Shown piece after piece: positions 19,087 to 27,758 of a stretch of 64,000 bases of DNA. The notes beneath the pieces are model-generated. The model was not told the origin of the DNA. It saw only the letters and a program-made list of their open reading frames with translations, and ran no database searches. Location: contig CAYJSN010000008.1 in assembly GCA_964373125.1 (NCBI GenBank), positions 4,244 to 68,243 of the forward strand. Reading direction: 5' to 3'. Position 1 is the stretch's first letter, and every line of letters starts with the position of its first letter. The DNA comes from an uncultured Nitrosopumilales archaeon. Its GTDB lineage: Archaea > Thermoproteota > Nitrososphaeria > Nitrososphaerales > UBA213. A program made the position numbers and the translations under genes.

Positions 19087-20409
19087 TCAGAGATAATCGT
19101 CTAGATTGATTTTGTCGTCGCCCGGAATCTTCGCGATCTCGAACTTGTCCTTCGGCTTCAGAACCGATATCGTGGCGTCAATGCCCACCTTCGTGGTCAG
19201 GAGGTTCTCTTGGTCGCTGGACGGATCCAGGCTGGAGCCCTTCGCGTTGGGTATTACGATCAGGTTCTTGTCGGCCTGGAACCGCGTGGCCAGGGCATAT
19301 TCAACAGCCTTCGGGTCGGTCGGGTCGATATCATCGTCGACTACTATGGCCATCTTCAGCGACGGGTGCGCCGCGAATGCCGCCAGCAATGCATTTTTGG
19401 ATTCGCCCTCCAGCCGCTTCTTTATCTGTATGACGGCGTGGAGCCAGTTGCACCCGCCGTCGGTGAAGTATACCTGTTTTGTGGTTGGTACGACATTCTT
19501 CACTGCCTGCAAAACTTTCGCTTCCACCGGCATCGACATCAGCAGCCTGTGCTCGGCATAGCCGGGCAGGATGTCGTGGTAGATCGCGCCGTTCCTGAAC
19601 CTTATCGCCTCGAGCTCGAAGACCGGCTGCTTCCGCCTGTGGTCGTAGGTTCGGAGCATCTCCACCATCCACTCCTCTTGGAAGCGGTCCTTCAGCAGCC
19701 TGCCGTCGAGCACGATCTCCGAATGGGACGGAATGTAAAGGCCAGTGTATTCGCTCTTGCTGAGTGCAAAATCGTTGTCCAAGAGAGAGTTGGCCATCTC
19801 CATCTCGTCCGAGCCGTACGCGGCCTGGTAGGCGGCGGCTATCATCACAGCCGGGTGCACGCCCACCACGGCGGCAACCCTGAGGTCCTCGCCGTGCTCC
19901 CTCGCGTATGTGTAGCACTTGTGCAGGTGCCTCCCCTCCACCATCCTGACGGCCATGTGCTTCCCGTCCATGTAGAGGAACCTGTGCACGGAGGCGTTCT
20001 GCGTGCCGGTCTCCTGCTCCCTGGCATAGACGATGGAGGATGTTATGAATGGCCCGGCATCTTTCTCGAAGTGGGTAACTATCGGCAGGATTGATAGATC
20101 CTTGGAAACATTCTCCATGAACTTGCCGTCCTCGACCTTTGGCTTGCTCGGCCGGGACATCGCCTCGAATACCCTGCTGTGCAGGCTCTCGGGCTTTGCG
20201 TTGATCGCCATGCCGAACCTCCTCTTAGTGCCGCACACGTTGGCAGCGAGCTTCATCTTGCTCTCCTTGATGTTATCGAAGAGCACGGCCTGCCTGCCGT
20301 CGAGCTTCCTGGTAAGGGAGGCGATCTCGAACTTTGTGGAGACCGGTCTCCCGACGGTGACCAGCTCGTCCTCCTTCTTCAGCCTGTCAAGGTAATCACG
20401 AAGATCCAT
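19087..20409 (-). CDS. UbiD-family decarboxylase (candidate anhydromevalonate-phosphate decarboxylase)
   Basis: 440 aa from MDLRDYLDRLKKEDELVTV. UbiD-length and collinear. AcnX pair lies 8 kb away. Confidence 0.85.
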   Translation of the reverse strand: MDLRDYLDRLKKEDELVTVGRPVSTKFEIASLTRKLDGRQAVLFDNIKESKMKLAANVCGTKRRFGMAINAKPESLHSRVFEAMSRPSKPKVEDGKFMENVSKDLSILPIVTHFEKDAGPFITSSIVYAREQETGTQNASVHRFLYMDGKHMAVRMVEGRHLHKCYTYAREHGEDLRVAAVVGVHPAVMIAAAYQAAYGSDEMEMANSLLDNDFALSKSEYTGLYIPSHSEIVLDGRLLKDRFQEEWMVEMLRTYDHRRKQPVFELEAIRFRNGAIYHDILPGYAEHRLLMSMPVEAKVLQAVKNVVPTTKQVYFTDGGCNWLHAVIQIKKRLEGESKNALLAAFAAHPSLKMAIVVDDDIDPTDPKAVEYALATRFQADKNLIVIPNAKGSSLDPSSDQENLLTTKVGIDATISVLKPKDKFEIAKIPGDDKINLDDYL

Positions 20410-20749
20410 GCAAACCACCCATGGCGCTCGTGACGCTGTCCATCAGGGACTTCATCGTTTTTAAATCGAGCGTGTTTACGGTGTGGAGCGATGCCACGCA
20501 GACGCCTTTTATCATCGAGGCCATCCGCTCGGAGAGCACGCTGAGGAACAGGGCGTCCTGCTTGCTGGGTATGACCTTGGCCGTGGTGACTCCCCCGGCG
20601 CCTGGCAGCGATACGTTTAGCGCACCGATCCTGTGCGCGCTGCCTTCTGAAATAGAAACAAAACCGCCGTTGGCAAAAAGAATGATGCGTATGGCGAACT
20701 CCCTGCCGTTTACCTTTACATTCCGCTCTAGGTATCTATCGGCGGACAT
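20396..20749 (-). CDS. LpdD-like small partner of the UbiD enzyme (putative)
   Basis: 117 aa. 14-nt overlap with the UbiD start. NGGFVSISEGSAHRIGALNVSLP and VCVASLHTV resemble the LpdD-type family as I remember it. Confidence 0.5.
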   Translation of the reverse strand: MSADRYLERNVKVNGREFAIRIILFANGGFVSISEGSAHRIGALNVSLPGAGGVTTAKVIPSKQDALFLSVLSERMASMIKGVCVASLHTVNTLDLKTMKSLMDSVTSAMGGLHGSS

Positions 20750-20774
20750 TGAAAGGCTAAGGCGCTAACCGACT

Positions 20775-21011
20775 TTATGTGCTTATTGCTATGGGCTGGA
20801 TTACCTGAACCTTCTTCCTCGCCCGCAGTTTTGCCTTGTACTTGAGGTTTCTGGGCTTCGTTCTCAGCCTGTAACCACAGCACGGGCACCACAGTCCATC
20901 CCACTTGATGAATATCTCGCATATCTGGCAGCGCTTCTGTCCTGAGGCATACCTGCCTGAACCGACTGGCTTCTGTGCCTTGTATCTTGAGCAAATTCCT
21001 TTGCACGTCAT
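20775..21011 (-). CDS. Zinc-ribbon protein with basic tail
   Basis: 78 aa. C-x3-C ... CQIC-x12-CPCCG. C-terminus RLRTKPRNLKYKAKLRARKK. Confidence 0.6.
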   Translation of the reverse strand: MTCKGICSRYKAQKPVGSGRYASGQKRCQICEIFIKWDGLWCPCCGYRLRTKPRNLKYKAKLRARKKVQVIQPIAIST

Positions 21012-21045
21012 GGTTTTTACCTGCAGAAATCGGATTCTGCGATCT

Positions 21046-21101
21046 ATTATCGTAAAGTAAGTATATAAAGATTATCCAATATTTCCTAGAAATTATCGTA
21101 A
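21046..21101. repeat. 10-nt direct repeat attatcgtaa x2 in an A/T-rich spacer
   Basis: Identical decamers at 21046-21055 and 21092-21101, upstream of the minus-strand Zn-ribbon gene. Confidence 0.4.
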
Positions 21102-21280
21102 TTTTTTTAAAATTTTATTCATTTACCAACGGATGGGTGCATGCAAAAGTTTGATAAAAACTGCTCATAGTATATATATTCCTTGCTATTTCGCCTCATA
21201 GGCCCTTCCGGACGAGACGTTCCTCTCGTGGGGGACCCTGCCGCTTGCCTTTCAAGCAAACGATTTCATCGGGCCGAGGG

Positions 21281-21955
21281 TCAGCCACGAGGCCGGGCGA
21301 ACGGCCTGAAGATCCTGCCGTGCCTCATCGCGATCGCCCTTGCTGAGGCCCTGTCGCGCACGCCCCGCCTGTTGGAATCCACCGACCGCACCAAGGATGT
21401 GCCGTGCTCGTCAACCAGCTCGATCACGACCTGGTTTCCGAAGCCTGCGTGCAGCATATTCGCGATGCTCCTTGCCATCGCGGGATCGCCGTAGCCTATC
21501 CGTATGATCTTTTTTCTGGAAGTGGTGCCATTCAGCAGCACGCTCACTAGGTCGACGGCCTCCTTGACGGATGTTACCACCTTGCTCTCGATCTCCTTCT
21601 GCAGGTAGAACACGGCCAAGCCTATCCTTCTGCCGGGGTCTATGCCAATTATCAGCTGGTCGTCCTGGTATCTCCCCATAATACTGCGGAGGATCTTTGC
21701 TTTGATCAGCGCAGGCTCCTCGTCGAGCTCACTGTCCAGAAGGATCTTCCCGTGTGGGATCTTTGCCCGCTCCTCCTTGGTGGTTATCACAAGGTTGGGG
21801 CCGAGCCTCGCGGCCTCCTCCGGAGAAACAGAGTCAAACTGAAGGCCCAGCGATTTCAGGGCGCTGATGATCTTGTAGTACGGCTTTCCGTGCACGGTCG
21901 CTACAAGTACACGCGCGGGAATGAGGTCACTCCTCAGGGGCGCTTCATCGGGCAT
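21281..21955 (-). CDS. RNase H-fold nuclease, YqgF/RuvX-like C-terminal half with N-terminal extension
   Basis: 224 aa. IIGIDPGRRIGLAVF, VIELVDEHGTS and VRDRASARAIA align to the GxDxGxxxIGxA, DE(R)xT and DxxSAxxIL blocks of YqgF. Confidence 0.6.
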   Translation of the reverse strand: MPDEAPLRSDLIPARVLVATVHGKPYYKIISALKSLGLQFDSVSPEEAARLGPNLVITTKEERAKIPHGKILLDSELDEEPALIKAKILRSIMGRYQDDQLIIGIDPGRRIGLAVFYLQKEIESKVVTSVKEAVDLVSVLLNGTTSRKKIIRIGYGDPAMARSIANMLHAGFGNQVVIELVDEHGTSLVRSVDSNRRGVRDRASARAIAMRHGRIFRPFARPRG

Positions 21956-22025
21956 ACTTCATGCGGAGCACTATTAAACGTTGTGTGAATTATTCGCATG
22001 ATGAGTAGTAATTGCGAAAGATCGC

Positions 22026-22379
22026 CTAGGCGAAAAGAACTTTTTCCACGATCAGATCGACCGCCTTGTCGAAGGAGCGGTCGATGTTCTTCTTGATGTT
22101 CTGGACCGACTTTTCGCCGTCTGCGGTTATCTTGGACGACTCCTCCTCGGCCGCCTTCCTTGCCTCTTCCACTATTCTCCTGGCCTCCCCATTCGCTATC
22201 TCCTTGAGCTTCTCCTTCAGCTTCTCGACCTCCTCGTCCGAGTAGGCGTTCAGCCTCCTCCTGATGTCGTCGAGCGAGGCGTTGATCGTATCGATGTCCT
22301 TCTCCAGCTCTGACAATGAGGATAGAATCTTTTCAACGGGCGATGAGGAGACGACCTGGCTCTCGGCCTTGGATTCCAA
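22026..22379 (-). CDS. Hypothetical Glu/Lys-rich coiled-coil protein
   Basis: 117 aa, heptad-like charged sequence. Co-directional with the NAC and PUA genes. Confidence 0.55.
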   Translation of the reverse strand: MESKAESQVVSSSPVEKILSSLSELEKDIDTINASLDDIRRRLNAYSDEEVEKLKEKLKEIANGEARRIVEEARKAAEEESSKITADGEKSVQNIKKNIDRSFDKAVDLIVEKVLFA

Positions 22380-22424
22380 CGGTAGCAGTGCCCGCGCGGA
22401 GTTATTAAATCCTTACCTCGATGC

Positions 22425-22763
22425 TCACTTTGTGGTCAGGCTCAGGATAGCTTTGGCAAGGTCGCCCTGGGCATCTTCGAGCGCCTTGATGGCAACCTCC
22501 TTCGAGACGCCGGCCTGCTGGGAGACCAGCATGACGTCTTCGTCGCTGAACTTGGGGACCTCCCTGTGTATCTCCTCGATGTCGTCGCCCACGACCTGGT
22601 AGATGGTGGAGTCCTGGCTCTTCAGCTCGGCCACGGTGGGCGATTTTATCCTGAGCTCCTTCTCCTTCGTCCTGATGACTACCTCCTCCACGTTGCTCAG
22701 CTCGCTCATGTTGAGCCCCATCTTGTCCAGCATGCGCCTTAGCTGCCGGTTGCCGCGCATCAT
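22425..22763 (-). CDS. nac: Nascent polypeptide-associated complex protein
   Basis: 112 aa. NAC domain (VEEVVIRTKEKELRIKSPTVAELK) plus C-terminal UBA (EDVMLVSQQAGVSKEVAIKALEDAQGDLAKAI). Confidence 0.9.
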   Translation of the reverse strand: MMRGNRQLRRMLDKMGLNMSELSNVEEVVIRTKEKELRIKSPTVAELKSQDSTIYQVVGDDIEEIHREVPKFSDEDVMLVSQQAGVSKEVAIKALEDAQGDLAKAILSLTTK

Positions 22764-22765
22764 TT

Positions 22766-23257
22766 CTAATCTAGATTTTGGGTTCCTGCTTTTAAACCCT
22801 CGCGCACCTTCACGGCAACCCCCCGCTTGAACTCTCTCATCATCCTGGCAGGGAGCAGAGAGCGCCCAACGGCGATGATGTTTTTATCCTCGTCGAGGAC
22901 CGCGACATCGCTTCCCACCCTGACGTTGCTGCCGCAACCCACCACGTGTTTGCAGAAGACCGATTTTCCTGCGGCGATGAACTCTGCTACATCGTTGCTT
23001 ACCGTGACGCAGTTCTCCCTGAAGTTCGGGCTCTGCATAAGCAGCTTGGCGCCGAAGATCGTGAGGGCCAGCCCGCCGTCCGTCCGGAGCGTTACGACCA
23101 GGTTGCTGTCAAGCAGTACGCTCCTTATCCTGCCCGTCCGCCTCGAAAAAACGAACTCGAGCCTCTCGATGGGGACGGACGATGATACGCTGCTGCCGAA
23201 CACGGCGTCGATGTTGGCAGCTATCTTCTCTCTGGGATCGATCAGGAGCTCGAGCAT
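22766..23257 (-). CDS. PUA-domain RNA-binding protein
   Basis: 163 aa from MLELLIDP. C-terminal PUA strings VRVGSDVAVLDEDKNIIAVGRSLL...GVAVKVREG. Stop is 2 nt before the NAC start. Confidence 0.7.
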   Translation of the reverse strand: MLELLIDPREKIAANIDAVFGSSVSSSVPIERLEFVFSRRTGRIRSVLLDSNLVVTLRTDGGLALTIFGAKLLMQSPNFRENCVTVSNDVAEFIAAGKSVFCKHVVGCGSNVRVGSDVAVLDEDKNIIAVGRSLLPARMMREFKRGVAVKVREGLKAGTQNLD

Positions 23258-23373
23258 CGACGCAATTCTCTGCTGGCTGCAATAATAAGATTGGCACAGC
23301 CAGATCATGTGCGGCCAGCCTGCAAAAGCGGCCTATATAGTTCCTATATACAATATAGAATATGCATATATGC

Positions 23374-23392
23374 GCCGACAATCATTGTCGGC
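23374..23392. promoter_or_regulatory. Perfect 19-nt palindrome upstream of the phosphate-transport operon
   Basis: gccgacaat-c-attgtcggc (9-bp arms). Lies between a TATA-rich stretch (23344-23372) and the ATG at 23443. Confidence 0.5.
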
Positions 23393-23442
23393 ATGTGAGC
23401 TGGCTTTCTTGGATAAAACCAACCGATAAGGAGATCCTGAGC

Positions 23443-24024
23443 ATGCTAGAGACCCAGGCGGCCAACCTGCTCAGGGCGTCCGAACTCTTGGTCGATCTGA
23501 TCAACAACTACGAAAATGTAAGCACGAAGGAAAACAGCATAAAGGATCTTGAGCACAACGGCGACATCATAGCCCACAACATCTTTAACACGCTGGACAA
23601 GACGTTCGTCACGCCCCTCGACAGGGAAGATATATCGCGCCTTACCGCATCGATAGACAACGTACTGGATTCTGCAGACGGCGCAGCAGATCGCTTCGTG
23701 CTCTTCAAGATCAAGAAACCCACGCCGTACATGGCCGAACTCGCCAATTATATCAAGCTTGCGGCGACCGAAATCCACGGCTTGGTATCAAAGCTATGGA
23801 ATCTGAAGGATGCCAAAGACATCATAAACCACTGCAGGAACATCGGCAGGCACGAGCATGATGCCGACCAGGTCTACAGGAAGGCTGTTGCCGAGCTCTT
23901 CGAGACCCACGACCCGGTCGAGATAATCAAGATGAAGGAGGTCTACGATGCTCTGGAGCAGGCCACGGACAGGTGCGTGGATGTGGCCGACGTTATCGAG
24001 GATATCGTCCTAAAGTACAGGTAA
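23443..24024 (+). CDS. DUF47/PhoU-like phosphate transport accessory protein
   Basis: 193 aa from MLETQAANLL. Helical PhoU-like repeats. Immediately precedes the PiT transporter. Confidence 0.8.
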   Translation: MLETQAANLLRASELLVDLINNYENVSTKENSIKDLEHNGDIIAHNIFNTLDKTFVTPLDREDISRLTASIDNVLDSADGAADRFVLFKIKKPTPYMAELANYIKLAATEIHGLVSKLWNLKDAKDIINHCRNIGRHEHDADQVYRKAVAELFETHDPVEIIKMKEVYDALEQATDRCVDVADVIEDIVLKYR

Positions 24025-24029
24025 GCAAT

Positions 24030-25022
24030 ATGTATGAACTCGTAATAGTGGCCGTGATAGCCGCCCTGTTTTTCGACTTTATCAACGGCTTTCATGATGC
24101 GGCCAATGCCATAGCCACGGTGGTGGGCACGAGAGTGCTCAAGCCGCTGCAGGCGGTCACGCTGGCGGCCATAGCCAATTTCGCTGGGCCCTTCATCTTT
24201 GGCGTTGCCGTGGCCACAACTGTGGGCAAAGGGATCGTTGACCCCAGCTCCGTAACCGTGTATGTGATCATTGCTGGGCTTATCGGCGGGATCGTCTGGG
24301 ACATCATAACCTGGCTCTACGGCCTACCCACATCAAGCAGCCATGCGCTGATCGGCGGGCTGATCGGCGCCGGGGTTGCCTCTGGCGGCATCCAAGCAAT
24401 ACTTTTCGAGGGAGTGAACAAGATTTTAACATTCATGATCGTATCCCCGGTGGTCGGGCTGACCATAGCTTTCGGCATCACGCTCACGCTTTTACATGTA
24501 TTCAAACACCGCAGCCCGTATACGGTGAACAGAGTCTTCGGAAGACTGCAGATCGCGTCGTCTGCGTTTTTTTCACTCACGCACGGTGCGAACGACGGGC
24601 AGAAGACGATGGGAGTAATAGTGGCGTTGCTGCTTGCGGAGGGCATAATCGATCACTTCTACGTGCCCTTCTACGTTATCGTCATGGCAGCGGCCGCGAT
24701 AAGCCTCGGCACATTCTTTGGGGGGTGGAGGATCGTGAAGACGATGGCATTCAAAATAACCAACCTCCGGCCGTACCAGGGCTTCAGCGCTGAGACCGGA
24801 GGGGGCGTGGTGCTGACGTTCATGGCACAGTTCGGAATACCTGTGAGCACGACCCACGCGATAGCCGGGGCCATAATGGGTGCCGGGGCAACGAAGCGGC
24901 TCTCGGCCGTCCGGTGGGGCGTTGGCAAGAAGATCATCTGGGCATGGATAATCACGATACCGGCAAGCGCCAGCGTGGGGTTCGTCTCCTACAAGATAAT
25001 TGAGATGGTCGGTGTTATATAG
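24030..25022 (+). CDS. Inorganic phosphate transporter, PiT family
   Basis: 330 aa. FFDFINGFHDAANAIATVV and LTHGANDGQKTMG signature repeats. Polytopic. Confidence 0.9.
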   Translation: MYELVIVAVIAALFFDFINGFHDAANAIATVVGTRVLKPLQAVTLAAIANFAGPFIFGVAVATTVGKGIVDPSSVTVYVIIAGLIGGIVWDIITWLYGLPTSSSHALIGGLIGAGVASGGIQAILFEGVNKILTFMIVSPVVGLTIAFGITLTLLHVFKHRSPYTVNRVFGRLQIASSAFFSLTHGANDGQKTMGVIVALLLAEGIIDHFYVPFYVIVMAAAAISLGTFFGGWRIVKTMAFKITNLRPYQGFSAETGGGVVLTFMAQFGIPVSTTHAIAGAIMGAGATKRLSAVRWGVGKKIIWAWIITIPASASVGFVSYKIIEMVGVI

Positions 25023-25051
25023 AGAAAATCCTTTGATATATAATTCTGCAA

Positions 25052-25063
25052 AAACTATATAGA
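25052..25063 (+). promoter_or_regulatory. TATA-like box upstream of the AbrB-PhoU regulator gene
   Basis: aaactatataga about 25-30 nt upstream of the ATG at 25086. Confidence 0.35.
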
Positions 25064-25085
25064 TAGTATATCCGTAGTGTGCCGC

Positions 25086-26135
25086 ATGGAACAGTCGCAG
25101 GAAGAGACCCGGAAGATCCAGTTCACGGGCAAGTCGTCATACATAGTCTCGCTGCCAAAGAAGTGGGTCGAGGATATCGGGCTTAAACCCAGAGACGAAG
25201 TGACGGTAACCAGGCAGGGCAACTCCATGCTCCAGATAGCTCCCGCAAAGAAGCGGACGGCAACCAAGACAGCAAAGGAGGCGACGATCGAGGTCGCCGA
25301 GCACGAGGACCCCAGCAAGACGATCAGGAGGCTCATCGCGCTTTACCTGCTAGGCTTCAATGCCGTGAATATACGCGCGAAGGACGGCAGGCTGGGCCTA
25401 GAGCAGAGGGAGGCGATAAAGGACACGGTAAGGAGGTTGCTGATGGGAACCGAGATCACGGCCGACTCGACCGACGGCATCACCATACAGGTCCTGATAA
25501 GCCTAGTCGAGCTCTCCGTCGACGGCGCCCTGAAGCGGATGCTGCTGATAACCAAGTCCATGCTCAAGGACGCGATACTGGCGCTGCAGGAGTCCAACAT
25601 CGACCTCGCCAAGGAGGTTATAAAGAGCGACGACGAGGTGGACAGGTTCAGCTTCTACATAATCAGGCAGCTGAAGATCGCTATCCAGAACGAGCACCTG
25701 CTCGCGGAGATGGGGCTGGTGAGCCCGAGGGACTGCTTGGGCTACAGGCAGGTGGTGAAGAGCATAGAGAGGGTTGCGGATCACGCTGCCAACATAGCCG
25801 GGGACTTGGTGGAGATGAAGGAATCGATAGACAGGCAGGTTCTGGCAAGGATAGGCGAGATGGCCGTCTTTGCCACGGGGGTGCTTGACGATGCCTGCCT
25901 CTCGCTCTTCAAGCGTGATTATAGCACGGCCGAGCACGCCATCGAGAGGGCCAAGACGATAGAGGCGCTCGAGAATGCTGTTATTAAGGCTTCGCAGGGC
26001 TGGAAGAAGGCCGGCGAGCCCTACAGGGTAAAGCTGATAACCGAAAACCTCAGGCGCATCGCGGAGTATGCGAGCGACATCGCGGAGATCGTGCTCAATA
26101 TGACCGTGGAGCAGACGCTGAAGCAGGCAAAGTAA
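25086..26135 (+). CDS. Phosphate uptake regulator: AbrB/SpoVT DNA-binding domain fused to PhoU repeats
   Basis: 349 aa from MEQSQ. KIQFTGKSSYIVSLPKKWVEDIGLKPRDEVTV (AbrB swapped hairpin), then two PhoU-like helical repeats (DDEVDRF..., RVADHAANIA, RIAEYASDIAE). Confidence 0.8.
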   Translation: MEQSQEETRKIQFTGKSSYIVSLPKKWVEDIGLKPRDEVTVTRQGNSMLQIAPAKKRTATKTAKEATIEVAEHEDPSKTIRRLIALYLLGFNAVNIRAKDGRLGLEQREAIKDTVRRLLMGTEITADSTDGITIQVLISLVELSVDGALKRMLLITKSMLKDAILALQESNIDLAKEVIKSDDEVDRFSFYIIRQLKIAIQNEHLLAEMGLVSPRDCLGYRQVVKSIERVADHAANIAGDLVEMKESIDRQVLARIGEMAVFATGVLDDACLSLFKRDYSTAEHAIERAKTIEALENAVIKASQGWKKAGEPYRVKLITENLRRIAEYASDIAEIVLNMTVEQTLKQAK

Positions 26136-26167
26136 AGGCTAAATTTAGAGTGTGTGCTCGATAGCCC

Positions 26168-26560
26168 ATGTCATACTGTGAGCTTTGCGGGTCCCAGATA
26201 ACGGGGAGACCGATCCCGATAGTTGTAGAGAACGATGTCGTGATGCAGGTCTGCGGCCAGTGTTCTAGGCACGGCAAGCAGCATCCCTCGAAGAAGATCG
26301 AGAAGAGGTGGGAGAGGCGGCAGCCCAGGCAGGCATTCACCATCAAGCTCATGTCCGTCAGGAAGGATTACAGCAAGCTGATCAAGGAAGCAAGGCAGCG
26401 GCTCGGCATGACCGAGGACGAGCTCGGGGAGAAGATGGGCGAGCTCGGCCCGGTGGTGAAGCTCATGGAGGTGGGCAAGTTCAAACCCGACGAAGCACTC
26501 GCAAGGAGGCTGGAGGGAGTGCTGGGGGTAACCCTGCTAGAAGAGGAAGTTCATGAATAG
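26168..26560 (+). CDS. mbf1: Archaeal multiprotein bridging factor 1 (Zn ribbon + cro-like HTH)
   Basis: 130 aa. MSYCELCG...CGQC ribbon. HTH region LIKEARQRLGMTEDELGEKMG. Confidence 0.8.
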   Translation: MSYCELCGSQITGRPIPIVVENDVVMQVCGQCSRHGKQHPSKKIEKRWERRQPRQAFTIKLMSVRKDYSKLIKEARQRLGMTEDELGEKMGELGPVVKLMEVGKFKPDEALARRLEGVLGVTLLEEEVHE

Positions 26561-27758
26561 CAGGACCAAGACAATACTGGTCACCTACCCGCAGGAAGAC
26601 TCGATGAAGGAGGCGCTAGCGCTAGCAGACGCTGCTGGCTATGAAGTAGTTGCAACCATCACCCAGCGATACCTGACCAAGTCAAGGTACGGCCTCGGCA
26701 GGGGGAAGGCCGAGGAGCTCAAGCAGATGGTCGAGGACATAGGGCGATGCGTGATAATATTCGACGAAGTGATGAAGTCTACCCAGGCCTACAACCTGGC
26801 GACAATGGTACAGACCGAGATAATCGACCGCGAGAGGCTGATACTCGAGATATTCGAGAAGAGGGCGAGCAGCGCCGAATCGAGCATCCAGGTGAAGCTC
26901 GCGCAGCTCAGGTACGAGATGACAAGGGCCAGGGAGAAGGTCAGGCTCGCGAAGAAGGGCGAGCAGCCCGGCTTCTTCGGTCTTGGAAGGTACGAGGTCG
27001 ACGACTACTACCGCGACATAAAGCGCAGGGTATCCACGCTGAAGCAAAAATTAGCTGATGTGGCGAAGCGGAGGGAGCTCTACAGGCAGCAGCGGACGAA
27101 GCAGGGCTTCCCGGCGGTATCGCTCGCGGGCTATACATCAGCTGGCAAGACGACACTGCTCAACACCCTCGTGGGCGAGCGACACGACACCGGGAAGGGA
27201 ATGTTCACCACCCTAGCCACCTATGCAAGAGGACTTGAGTTAAGGAAGGGCAGGGTGTTGCTCTCCGACACCGTCGGGTTCATCAGCAAGCTCCCGGCCT
27301 ACATGATCGAGGCCTTCAAGTCCACGCTTGACGAGCTGGTCTTCGCCAAGCTGGTGCTGCTGGTGATCGATGCCAGCGAGCCGCTCGCCGAGGTGACCAG
27401 GAAGTACAACAGCTGCGTCGAGATACTCAACGAGCTGCAGGTGCCGCAGACCAAGATACTCTATGTATTGAACAAGATGGACCTTGTCGGGGAGGAGGAC
27501 GCGCTGGCAAAGGCCGAGAAGCTGGGCCTGCTGGAGAGCAGGTGGTATATGGCGGTATCGGCAAAGACAGGGCAGAATATTGAGCGCCTGAAGGAACTGA
27601 TCGGCGAGATCGTCTTCGAGACAGTGGCCGAGAAGCCCAAACCTGCGGTGCCAGCAGAGATTATGGGATTACAGTTCGACGAGGCTGCACAGGTCCTTGA
27701 CGCTCAAGAACCGGTAGGGTCCCTCGAAGTGGTTCGCGATGAGAGTGACAATACTTAG
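26553..27758 (+). CDS. hflX: GTPase HflX
   Basis: 401 aa. HflX N-domain (QLRYEMTRAREKV). G1 GYTSAGKTTLLN, G3 DTVGF, G4 NKMD. Confidence 0.9.
   Translation: MNSRTKTILVTYPQEDSMKEALALADAAGYEVVATITQRYLTKSRYGLGRGKAEELKQMVEDIGRCVIIFDEVMKSTQAYNLATMVQTEIIDRERLILEIFEKRASSAESSIQVKLAQLRYEMTRAREKVRLAKKGEQPGFFGLGRYEVDDYYRDIKRRVSTLKQKLADVAKRRELYRQQRTKQGFPAVSLAGYTSAGKTTLLNTLVGERHDTGKGMFTTLATYARGLELRKGRVLLSDTVGFISKLPAYMIEAFKSTLDELVFAKLVLLVIDASEPLAEVTRKYNSCVEILNELQVPQTKILYVLNKMDLVGEEDALAKAEKLGLLESRWYMAVSAKTGQNIERLKELIGEIVFETVAEKPKPAVPAEIMGLQFDEAAQVLDAQEPVGSLEVVRDESDNT

Noticed and set aside
21183-21494. 103-aa plus-strand ORF
   Set aside because: Two-thirds of it is antisense to the YqgF-like gene. No motifs. 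The 5' part coincides with the GC-rich hairpin region discussed as a possible RNA.
21998-22004. C-box-like ATGATGA suggesting a C/D box sRNA
   Set aside because: No CTGA D/D' boxes at the expected 12-nt and about 50-nt spacings on either strand, and no terminal pairing. Probably chance within a promoter spacer.
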